Shown: piece by piece, positions 12,285 through 23,612 of the stretch
How the letters are laid out: each line of letters opens with the position of its first letter
Numbering within the stretch: position 1 is the stretch's first letter
Made by a program: the position numbers and the translations under genes
DNA from: Patellaria atrata CBS 101060
Lineage: Eukaryota
Assembly: GCA_010093705.1 (NCBI GenBank)
Contig: MU006097.1
Location: 197,905 to 261,904 of the forward strand
Reading direction: 5' to 3'
Length of the DNA stretch: 64,000 nucleotides
Notes under the pieces: generated by a model
What the model was told of the DNA's origin: nothing
What the model saw: only the letters and a program-made list of their open reading frames with translations
The model's database searches: none

Positions 12285-13237
12285 ATGGCACAACAAGCAC
12301 TCGGTGCCCTCTACAAGGTCGCCGTTCCGGCAGCGGTGGCTCTCTCAGTGGCCAATGCAGCAATATACGATGTCAAAGGTGGAACGCGAGCTGTCATCTT
12401 CGACAGACTGTCCGGTGTGAAAGAGCAAGTAGTGAATGAGGGGACGCACTTCCTCATCCCCTGGTTGCAGAAGAGCATCATCTACGATGTCAGGACGAGA
12501 CCAAGGAACATCTCGACGACCACGGGGAGCAAGGATCTACAGATGGTCAGCTTGACGCTGAGGGTACTGCATAGACCAGAGGTCAAGATGTTGCCGAAGA
12601 TCTATCAGGTATGAATGAATCCCTATTCCACTGGGTCTGCACGCTTCGAACTTGTGAATATCTGCTTGACATTTGCTCTATCCAAAACAACCACTAACCC
12701 TCTTCACAGAATTTAGGCCAAGACTACGACGAGCGTGTCCTTCCCTCAATCGGTAACGAAGTCCTCAAAGCCATTGTCGCCCAATTCGACGCCGCCGAAT
12801 TGATCACCCAGCGTGAAGCCGTCAGCAATCGCATCCGTACCGACCTCCTCAAGCGTGCGCAGGAATTCAACATCGCGCTCGAAGACGTCTCCATCACGCA
12901 CATGACCTTCGGTAAGGAGTTCACCCGTGCCGTCGAGGAGAAGCAGATCGCACAGCAGGAAGCCGAGCGTGCTAGGTTTATCGTTGAGAAGGCCGAACAG
13001 GAGAGGCAGGCCAGCGTTATTAGGGCCGAGGGTGAGGCCGACGCGGCGGATACGATTAGCAAGGCCATTGCCAAGAGTGGAGATGGTTTGATCCAGATCA
13101 GACGGATCGAGACGCAGAAGGAGGTTGCGGGCTTATTGGCGGGAAATCCGAACGTTACTTGGATACCTGGTGGTTCGAAGGGAGAGTCAGATGGGAAAAG
13201 TGGAGGGAACTTTTTATTGGGGTTGAGGTCGGGATAA
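12285..13237 (+). CDS. PHB1: Prohibitin 1
   Basis: [66 protein letters not shown]; intron 12609-12709. Confidence 0.96.
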
Positions 13238-13781
13238 GTGTAGGTTTAAGGGGCACATTGTAAAATAATTGCATTGGGATGGTATGGAGAATGGGCACGT
13301 GTAGCTCCTTTGTAGCGTACCTTAAGGAATACATTCTACTCTTGTCTCTATGCCGCTGTATGCAGAATATAAGGTAATTGCCATGGAATCCGACCAATTC
13401 GTAACCTAATACTGTCGCTCATATAGAATTCACGTAAGTTAGAGATATACTTCCTAAATTCAGGAGGGTTGCTTAGACTCGGTTTTCTATCCAACTTTCT
13501 AAACGGTCTCGCAAATTTGGCCTTCCCCTCCCATTTATGCGCGAGATTCAATCACGAGCATTATTTCCTAATCAGGTGATCCAGGCTTGACGTCAGTACT
13601 GCATATTTCCTACCTTAACAACTACCTCTCTAATTGCTACTCCATAACTAAGATACCTTAACCACAATTCCCTATCCCGTCATTTCAAACCACACCAAAG
13701 CAACACCACTCAATTACCCCAAAGCAGCCCCAATCCCCTATCCTCATACAAATAACCCCCCACCTGATCTTTCATCCCAGA

Positions 13782-14497
13782 ATGCACCTCACAGGCTCCT
13801 GCTACTGCCGGTCCGTCGAGTACACCCTCGACCTCGCCTCGGCCTCCGACGCGCGCACTAGCCTCTGCCACTGCCGCAACTGCAAGAAGGCATTTGGCGG
13901 GAACTACGGTCTCACGGCCAAGGTCCCCAAAGAGACCTTCAAGTACACGAAAGGCACGCCTAGGGAACACAGGGCTGATAATGGGAGTGGGACGCAGTTG
14001 GTGAGGGAGTTTTGCGCGGAGTGTGGGAGCTTTATTTTGGAGTATGGGGTACGTTGACTTTTTGTTTTTCCTCCTTTTATGTGGGGTTTGGAATGCAGCA
14101 GATTTTTCTTTTTGTTTTTTTTTCCCTGGAGTTCTTTCTTCCTGGTGTTAAGACAGCGGCTGTAGATTGGGTAGACGAGAACGTGGAGAGTACGACGGTT
14201 TTCTGAATCTAGGGTTAACATCACACCTCGCCCATAGGAGCCCGCAGAACCCAAATTCCGCTACATCGTCGTCGGATCCCTAGACGAGCCTGAAGCGCTC
14301 CCGCCCAAGGGCGAGTTCTTCTGCAAGAGTCGCGCGAGCTGGATGCCTGAGATCCCCGGTAAGTCCTGCGCTCTTCTCTAAGATTAATTAGGCTGGGGAA
14401 GCGCTGTGTCCCTTGCAGGTCATGTGAGAGCGAGCAAGTTGTGCTGAGTCGAATGTGCGTTCTAGATGTGTTTCACAAGCGCGAGATCAAGGAGTGA
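13782..14497 (+). CDS. GFA / CENP-V / Mss4-like Zn-binding protein
   Basis: LTGSCYC...LCHCRNCKK...REFCAECGS; exons about 13782-14048, 14239-14358 (GSLDEPEALPPKGEFFCKSRASWMPEIP), 14466-14497. Confidence 0.88.
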
Positions 14498-15517
14498 GAA
14501 GGTAGAGCTGAGATCGCGGGACGAGCGAGGCGTTTGAAGGCGGTGGAGGCGTATCGGGGGAGTTTGAGGCGGGGTGGAGGCGTGAGGTCGGAGGGGGGAT
14601 ATTGGGAGAATGGAGTACTGGGAGGGATGTTGACAGATTTGGGTGGAAGGGAGGGATGTTGAAACAAAAAGCCGAGAAGATGTTTCGTCTGGTAATGACG
14701 TGAACGCACGAATTTTCACGTGTGCTGGGAGGTACCTTGATGGGCTGGGCTCTGACATAGTAATACGATCGAGGTGTGCTGACTGCGAAAGTTACTAGCA
14801 CCAATTGATCATGTGATGAATAGGAAGAGCTAGTAGTATATTGTAGATGGAATTGAGATATGAATGTCGGTTTGCCACTTGTTCTATTAGGGTGGTCATG
14901 GTATATGGCCTGATTATACAAATATTCGCTCGAACGAAACAAGTTAATATTAAAATTGCTGCCCAAATCGCCGCAATACCACGTCATGTACAGTATAATC
15001 GAAGCAGGGTAGAAAGTTATCAATTGAGCTTTTTATACAGAAGTGCAATAATTTTAGAAAAGCAGTATAGACAGTGAGGGTATCATAGATAGCAAAGCCC
15101 AGCCCAACAAATCAGACGCCTTAAATTCACAATAGGATTCCATCTAACACTTTGAGCGCCGACGCTTTTTTTCCTAACAGTAATAAGGCACACCGTAAAC
15201 CGCGTGCTTATACCAAGTCTAGCACCGGAACAAACATGAAAAAGAAAGAGAATCGAAATGATAAGAGACCGCGATGTGCTTGCCCAAAAAAGCACCCCAC
15301 GGAAATCCGTTACGGCGGAGGAGAGGGTTGAAGAGGATGCAGTCCGAGCACAGGTTCGGTGGCCTAACCGAGCGTGAGATGCATGCATGCAGAGCGTGAG
15401 TAAGAAGATGAAATGCAGCCCTGAGAGAAGATCATGTCCGTGCATATATTCTTTGATCCACACGATTGCTCAGTGAGAGGTAGACGATCGGGGTCGGACC
15501 TGCACAGAAAGTGGGAT

Positions 15518-16261
15518 CTAGTAAGGCGTAGCAGCTTTCTCCTGCATGACATCCACATCGCTGTGTGCAGTGTTCGCATCGCGATCCCTAGAATATACCG
15601 GACTGGACGGTCGAGTGCTCGCACGTGATGCAGTGATAAGACTGGGGTTCCTGAGGCTCGAAGGTCGTGTGGATGGTTGAGAAGGCGCACCGCCGATGGT
15701 ACTGTTGTCAGCGCTCGTGAGAACGTCGCCGCTTCTCACTGAGCTCTCGATGCTGCGACTGCTCCTACGACTCTGGAACTGCGGGTCGTCGCCTTTGAGC
15801 ATTTTGCGGAAGCGGTTGATCCTCTTGTCGAAGCACCAGAGCTCGTATGGGCCCGGGATGAACTCGCCGTTGCAGTCCCAGCAGCGAACCCAAGCGACGT
15901 CGTCATCGAGGCGGAAAAAGCCTTCTGCTTTGTTTTTCGTTTTACATTTGATGTCGGCGGGTTTCTCGCCCTCGACGATTAGTCCGTAGAGCTTGCGATC
16001 GTCATAGTCGGGTTTCAGGAGGTGACGTTTCAGGACTCGAGAGTAGATGACTGGTATGGGATTGGAGAGTCGTTGCCCATCATTGGTCTCGTCAGGGTGC
16101 GTCAGATACCACCCGCGACCAGGAATGTACTCGTAGGTACCAGGAACTGGGGTGAACCAGTGCTCAGACCTGCGAAGTGACTTTGGGGTTGTTTGTCGCT
16201 TGAACCATTTACGGGGTGATACGAGAGTTTGAGCAGCAACGAAGAGATTTGGGGTTGGCAT
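15518..16261 (-). CDS. Hypothetical protein, 247 aa, intronless
   Basis: ATG-initiated ORF with aromatic-rich globular-looking core and Ser/Arg-rich tail; upstream CT-rich leader and TATATA near 16470; no family recognised. Confidence 0.65.
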   Translation of the reverse strand: MPTPNLFVAAQTLVSPRKWFKRQTTPKSLRRSEHWFTPVPGTYEYIPGRGWYLTHPDETNDGQRLSNPIPVIYSRVLKRHLLKPDYDDRKLYGLIVEGEKPADIKCKTKNKAEGFFRLDDDVAWVRCWDCNGEFIPGPYELWCFDKRINRFRKMLKGDDPQFQSRRSSRSIESSVRSGDVLTSADNSTIGGAPSQPSTRPSSLRNPSLITASRASTRPSSPVYSRDRDANTAHSDVDVMQEKAATPY

Positions 16262-17893
16262 TCTCTAGTCCGAAGACTCTAGATTCTGCTTTGAGAAAGG
16301 TAATTGGATGAAGAGAGAAAAGGAGTGGATGATGGACGCAATCGCGGCTGGAAGTAAAAGGTTTTATAGAATGATACGAATGTGCAAAAGTTTCTTATAC
16401 AAGAGTACAGAGGCGTAGAATTTGCTGGAATAAGAGTGGAAAAAGATTATGGGAGGCAAAGGAAGGGGGAATATATAGTAGAAGGTCAGTCTGAGTGTGT
16501 ATTACGATATTGACTATATACGAATGGTAGGGTGGTGACTCTGATTCGCAAAAAATTCTGACGCGCCTGTGCTGGGGGGAATTTGCGGTTACGGTAAACT
16601 AATGGATCTTCCCGTTGAACCAGTACGAATTCCTGGATTAGTGGAGTCACCAAAGTGACAGGATCACAGGAAGTGATACTTGCGCTCCTGTAAATCATTG
16701 TGAAAAAGAATAATTATGGGGAGAAGATAGGGGGAGGAGGTGTGTGTTGTGCGCTTCCACTCTTTTTCGGGAGGTTAAGTTTCTGTACTGTTCTTCTCTG
16801 GGAAGCAACATAACAAAAAACATCTTATCTCATATTGCGTATCAAGCTCTCTACCGACCAATAAAACGGCCATGTCCAGCACCGTGGTCATCGGGAAAAG
16901 TCGTACGACGGGCATTTGCAGCTGACATGCAACATCGCAGATAAATAAACGGGTTTGAGGAGGTTGGTAGCGGTGAAATAAGATGTGTGGGAACTGGGAA
17001 AGGGAAAAGGAAAGGGGATCATACTGGGAGTTAGAAACAGGGAGATGGAAACGACATGTTGCCAATCCGCCAAGTGTTCATGTCTCAGCACATCTCTCTC
17101 TCTCTCTCTCGCTTTAGAAGTCAAGAGATACCTTATCGACGGGAGCATATGCAAGTACACGGGCCTTGAAACAAGCTATACTTACTCAATCATATCCGTC
17201 GATAACACTGATAATCATAATTTTCACATGCTTCTATACAGAGAATTCAGCTGTTGCTGAGATCCGCCCTGCATCAGCACAGAGTGCAGACACGGTAAGC
17301 TCGTGGAGATGTGGACTCCCAAGCTTACCATCGATCCTTAGTAGATCCCGATGGGAATCAGAGGATTCTGTCCACTATCATGGTCACTTTGCTCATTCGC
17401 GGAAGCGGGAAACTTTTCCTAGTTACCCAATGCACATCCATGCTAAAACGATACAGACCACGCGCCGTCGTTTGTTTAAGGTATGTGTAGTTCCCACCTA
17501 TCCCGATGGTGTGGTGTGCAGATTTTCCTTTTGACTTAATATCCCATGCCGTAACATTATCCGATCAATATCAGAGACCTGCCTGGAGAGGCTGTGTCGC
17601 CAATGTCTCCGTTTACCCATTGAGAAAAACATGCATAAACCGATTTCCAGTTCCTCGAGGGTTTGAGCAAGTATTTATGGAAAAGCGAAACGAGATTTAA
17701 AATTCCCAGGTGAGATCGAGCGATCCATTGTGTAACCTTGAGTATCACTATCACCATAAATTGTAACTTCACTGTGACGAAATCAATACTGGTCATGATA
17801 GAGAATTCGTACATGCTGCCCAATTTTCAACTTATCGAGCTAGCTGATAAACTCCGATACTGGAAATGTAATTATCCGATCCCCTCAACCCAT

Positions 17894-18559
17894 CTATGAC
17901 TCTGTCTTAACCTTGGCCTTGCTATTCGTCACCTTGACACCTAAAGCTTTCGCTTTTGCAATAATTTCTACTCTCTTTCGCGCAGATACAGCGGAAGCGA
18001 TTCTGGAAGTGTATTAGTAACCCATCGTTGTCCCAGTAAAATTGTAGATATCGTACTCTGCAGCGAATGTCCTGTTGTGCATAAGGAGGAGGTCGACATC
18101 GCGAGTATTCTTGACAAGGAAAGCCTTGTGTCCAGAAGGCATCAGATGGCGGGTTTTCTTGTTGGAGCCATAACCGATCTATGTAACCCAAGGCGTATCA
18201 GCATGACATGTCCGGACATGACCGTAGAGATTCGAAAGCTCTTCAATTCTGCAGATTCTTTCATACACGCCATCCTGTAGTTGCGTACCTTTGGCATGGC
18301 AGCCTGTCCCTTGAATCGTCTCCTCACACGGTTATCAATACCCTTTGGCTTCCTCCAGCTTGGGTCAACGCATTTGAATCGGTCGGACTGATGACGGTTG
18401 AAGCGCGCAGTGTCTATGGAGATATACCGTTAGTTTAAATTCCCGCTGTAGATTATATTCTGCTCTCCAGGAGGCCCTTTTGTGAGGAAAGGTGTGGATG
18501 AGAGATCGAACAGACATACGCTTCTTGACGATCGGGACGTGCTTCTTTGCGGAAACCAT
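17894..18559 (-). CDS. RPL32: 60S ribosomal protein L32 (eL32)
   Basis: [13 protein letters not shown] / [33 protein letters not shown] / [17 protein letters not shown] / [14 protein letters not shown]; three coding introns plus a 5' UTR intron 18560-18629. Confidence 0.96.
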
Positions 18560-19773
18560 CTGTCAGATCAAACCACGGTCAATATATCTTTCGGATTCGC
18601 CGTTGTTCTGGGTTTTGTCAGGTACGTACTTTGTCGTCGATATCACCAATAAATGCGTCGTGAAGTCGTCGCTCGAAATTGGGTTTGCAAGTTGCAATGT
18701 GTGCCGCGCTAACGACCCGAATGGGTTAAGTCTTGGCATATAAGCGAACGGTCTTCAACACCCCTGTCTTTATGTTCTAAGTCCAGTCTGATCACTCAAG
18801 CCCGAAACTTTTACACCAATGCATGTAATGTCATTACTATATTCTTTTGAAGTCATTGATCGTTGGAATACCCAAGTTCTATGCATCAATGGCCGTAGGA
18901 TCAAGAAAACAGAAGGACCGACTCAGTGACCAAAGCACATGCACAAGTTACAATAGTATTTAGGAATTCTCCGCTATAACAGCAAACCCTCTGTCGACAG
19001 GAATAACGGACTTTTTCCCCACTCTCCTCCGGGAAATAATTCAGCATTTGCTTCTTCTCATTTTGGCTGTTTGCTTATTTCAATCATCAGTGCTCGAGCA
19101 GTAGCAACTTCATCAGGGTATGTCTAACATCCTCCAACTTTGAAGGCATTTTCTCACCATAAGCAGAGCCATAGCACGTATGATAACGGCCTAGTGAACC
19201 TGGAGCGTGGTTCCGCAATGACAGACTTGCGTATTATACGCCAGACTATCCCGTAGTTCCGATAAGTGTTTGTAAATTACTACTCTTCATCTTTGATCTA
19301 CTGAAAACGTTAATATGGTTTCATATAATTCGAGCCTTCCACGAACATCAATATACCAATGCAATTTATTCTGGCATTCTTGCCTTATCTTCAGCTTTCC
19401 TACGCCGCAGGATAAAGCTTTCGGAAAAGCTCTAGATTTGGAAGGCTTATAGGAGTATTTTCACTCACTAGAAGAAGTATTCATAGCGATCGCTGCCTTC
19501 ATATAGTCCTTACTACTTGTCATATATTGACGATTTATACGTTTTCCGAGAAAGAACATTCTATTGCACCTTTGATGGTATACGACAAAGAACTTGTCCC
19601 CTTCCTTGATGTGAAAGTTTCTTTTTTGGGAAGTAAAGCTTTATATTTCTTGATTCGGATCTAGTAAAGTGAGATTATACAGCGGGGTTTGTTTCCTGGT
19701 TCACGATTGGAATCCTAGGTGGATAAGGGTTTGATCTGTGATTCATTGTATGGTACGTTGCTATACCAGGACC

Positions 19774-19926
19774 GTAGAAGACAACTGGACTGTAGAAGAC
19801 AACTGGACTGTAGAAGACAACTGGACTGTAGAAGACAACTGGACTGTAGAAGACAACTGGACTGTAGAAGACAGCTGGACTGTAGAAGACAACTGGACTG
19901 TAGAAGACAGCTGGACTGTAGAAGAC
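19774..19926. repeat. 18-bp minisatellite GTAGAAGACA(A/G)CTGGACT, 8.5 copies
   Basis: Head-to-tail near-perfect units read directly; two units carry A>G. Confidence 0.97.
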
Positions 19927-20611
19927 TGTACACAGCGATTAGACCATCCATATAACTGGACTTGATGGCTGTTGATATGTATCCAGGACTGGGACAGACG
20001 CTTTTTGGAGGCCGTGTGAACATACAGATATATCAACCCTGCGCACGTGGTAGCAGAGATTGGATGAATGGCAGTCATGGTCTTACAACAAGCGGGGAGT
20101 GCTGACAGGGACAACGAAGGGGAGGGATGGTTGTGATATACACACTTAGCTTTAGGTACGAATCTTCGACTCTCTGCGTTTCTTGAATCAGTCTCTTGTT
20201 CCAAAACCGTTATGACTTTAGGAACAGAAAATGGCATCAGGTTGTCAAACGTATCATTGGCGGAATATATGACATATGATGCTCCGATTCTTCTGACCGG
20301 GTAACTGAAAATCTAGAATCAAGTTCAGCACAGGGAGTGCTGGCTTTTTTCGCCTACTCGTCTTTTTTAGTGTTAGTGAGGTTGAACAACAAAATCCTTC
20401 ATCGGGTACCCCTCAGCCGCCCAGGCCAAGCAACCTCCAAGACGTCCTCTTGGTTCCCAAGGACCCTTAATCAGCCCCAACCTCATCTCTTGTTCACGAT
20501 AAGCTTCACTGCATCTGGAGGATGTCGTGGAGATTGTCGTACCCTCGATAGCAGATACAACAATCAACGCGAGCCCACGAGAGGCGTCCGCGACGCCCTG
20601 TACCCTCTGGG

Positions 20612-22978
20612 ATGCTGCCTCCCCCGAGGCTACCAGACCGACAACTATGGCCGGCCACCACCACGAGCAGCCATCGTCAAGTAAGTCGTACTAATTGCCA
20701 AGCGCGTTCCAGCTTCCGTCTCGACATAAAGAAAAGGACAAAGTGAGATGCTGACGATGTTGAAAAGCTTTGCACTCCATTCACCCTCCCGTCAGCCGGT
20801 GTAGTTGTCCTCAATCCCTCCAGCACTATCACTCTCGTTTCCGATGCCGTCTTCACACCCCAGTGTACTACCGTGAACTCCCTCGATAACCCACAAAGCG
20901 TGGTCGACGTGCGAGGCTCCTTCCATGCCTCCATTACTCCTCAAGCATACGCGACCGGCGCGGCCACGGTCATCGCGTGGATGCTTGTCATCATGCTGAT
21001 AATCACACCCCGCACATTCTTCGTAGGAGGCACTGGAGGAGGTAGGTCCGGTCTATTAGGACGACGAGGTATGATCAGTGGTGCTACAGGCGGCGCGTCC
21101 GTCATAGGAGTTGGATCGCGGCCATGGTTACAGAAGGTTGCTGCTCTGACCGTCGCTATTTCTCTTACCATCGCCACGGCCGATACGTTCAAAGTAGCAG
21201 AGAAACAGTACAACAGCGGATATATGGACGCGCTAAAACTGCGGGATGAAGTTGTTGGAGGCATGGAAATTCGAATCAGTCGCGTAATTTCCGACATTTT
21301 TCTATGGCTTGCCCAAGTCCAAACTCTGATACGCCTATTTCCCCGTCACAAGGAGAAGGTCCTAATCAAATGGGTTGGATTCGCTCTTATCGTTTTGGAT
21401 ATGACCTTTAGTTGTTTGAACAGTTTTATGGGTAACCCTGTTGGGAGACCGGAGAGATTCGTGGACGCGATACCAGCATTAAGCTATCTTTTCCAACTAG
21501 CACTCAGTATGCTTTACGCCGCATGGGTGCTATTTTACTCTTTTACGAAGCGACGTTATGCTTTCTATCACTCTATGATGTGGAACATGTCCGTCGTTGC
21601 GTTCGTATCGATAATCGCTATCCTTACCCCAGTTGTCTTTTTTATAACGGATATTTCGAATTACAGTGTAGCAGGCTGGGGGGACTACTTTAGATGGGTG
21701 GGTGCGGCAGCGGCCAGTGTCATTGTTTGGGAGTGGGTAGAGCGTATTGAAGCGTTAGAAAGGGAAGAGAAGAAGGATGGGATATTAGGAAGAGAAATAT
21801 TCGACGGAGATGAGATGCTGGATGTAACACCTTCGCAAGAAATTAACTGGCCCCGTCACCGTCACGATAAAAGTCAAGGCGGGCGTCCACCCGGTGGTAC
21901 AGGGGGCGCATTCACCTCTGGCACAAGTGGTCATCGGTTTAGCGTAGGCCAGCGGATTATTCGACCGGTTCCCGTGGAAAATGGTGCCGTTATTCCTCTA
22001 GGTAGAGCACACTCGCAGTCTACAGACCAGCGAAACGACGGTACGCCTACCGAAGACCAGTCATCCAGCTCCTCTGGTCCTTCTATTCCGACACCACCTC
22101 CCGCTGTGGCTTCACCGGTTAGTAGAACCGAAACTACTAGTGCAGATAGCACTGTATATACTGTTCGGTATCACGTTACTAGCGAGCCAACGGTATCGGT
22201 GCCCGAACGCCGCCTGGAAGATGAACCACGGGGTGGAGATCAAATCTCGCCTCCCAAGAAAGAACAGGATTCGATAGGCCAGAAGATCACTTGGTCTAAA
22301 GACTTGGAGACGCAACGGAGAGATTTAGAAGCTCTAGAATCGGTTGGAAGTAACAGGTTGCGATGGCAAGCCTTGAATCCATTCAAAAGGCGGCGAGCGG
22401 AGCCACCACCAGAGGTTCAAAGTGCTCGTTTCATTGAAACAGCGGTATTTGACCGCAACGAGGAGAAAACGTCAGCGCACAACTTTTCCCGTTGGGACTT
22501 GAAAAGCAGACTTGGGGCGTTTTCAGCGGAGAAAGCGGAACGGTTTCGCGAGAGACAGAGTGGTCGCCAAGTGGAAATGACACTTCCAGTCACAATCGTT
22601 CCGGCTCAACCCCGTGGGCGAACCTGGTCACCAGAAATATTGAACCAGCAAAGAGGTAGCCCTGAGCAGGAGCAGACCGATAATGGGCCGCAGACTTCTC
22701 AACCTGTTACCGTAGGGGATAACGAGAGCGAGCGTCTGTCATCGCAATCGAATCCTCAACAAGATATTATTAAAGAACAACCCGAACCGAGTGACCCCAG
22801 TTTCGACTCCAGAAATGACCAATTACCGGAATCACAGCTTCCTGTTCAACAGTCACGTACTGGGCCAGGTTCGACTCAGCTCTCGCAAACCAGCCATTCT
22901 TTGAGGAGGGGATTTCTAGATTCCCCTAACCCACCAACCGCACACTCCTCGCATAGTTCTAGGGATCGGCCACCTTAG
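20612..22978 (+). CDS. palH: Ambient pH sensor PalH/Rim21 (multi-pass membrane protein with long hydrophilic tail)
   Basis: Exon 1 20612-20680 (MLPPPRLPDRQLW), intron 20681-20767, then LCTPFTLPS; SRPWLQKVAAL, WLAQVQTLIRLFPRHKEK, VWEWVERIEALEREEKKDGILGRE motifs. Confidence 0.93.
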
Positions 22979-23612
22979 GTTTGAGTTTACGGGGAATTTA
23001 TGCTAGCATTTTGCGCTGTGAACACGGCGTTTGGGACTGGTGCTCGGAAAGGGGGAGTATTATGACACTGCATATGTCAGCTGCATTTAGCATCTATCTA
23101 AGGCGCATTTGGGAGGCTTGTTCGTATCAAAATGGATCTGAAGGAAAGATACCCAGGGTTATTGGAGCATGAATGCATGTTTGGGAGAGCTTGTTGAAGC
23201 TCTTAGTTCATCTAGTTGTAGTGTATTGTCTGCTATCGCAACGCAGGCAACTCTAGAAATGAAACATGAATGTTACAGAATTTATTGTTGGCTATTACTA
23301 AATTGACGTTAGGGTCTATAGATTCCTATATAATTTTAGCGCTATATGCGATGGTAGTTATAGTTACCAAGGCGGCTATCTTAAGATATCTGGAGCTACG
23401 AGCTTGGGCCATGTTCGCATCTCGCGCAAGCCTCTCTTCCTACGCAATCGCTGGTAACTAACATCAATACTACCTTTGAGGGATCATAATTCCACCTACA
23501 AGCTTTTGCTGTTCCTTGTAATTCTACGTCCTCCTCCCTATTTGGACTTTGCGGATAAGACACTCTTCTCGTTGATTTAAACCTACACTTTCACTGTTCT
23601 AATCTATAAACA

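Noticed and set aside
18179..18288. Possible intronic snoRNA or palindrome (CATGTCCGGACATG) in an RPL32 intron
   Set aside because: No proper C box; the CTGA is part of the branch site; no guide complementarity recognised.
19774..19926. CRISPR-like array, or repeat proteins (VEDNWT)n, (RRQLDC)n, (LLQSSC)n
   Set aside because: No unique spacers, eukaryotic context, no cas genes; the ORFs arise because an 18-nt unit is stop-free in several frames.
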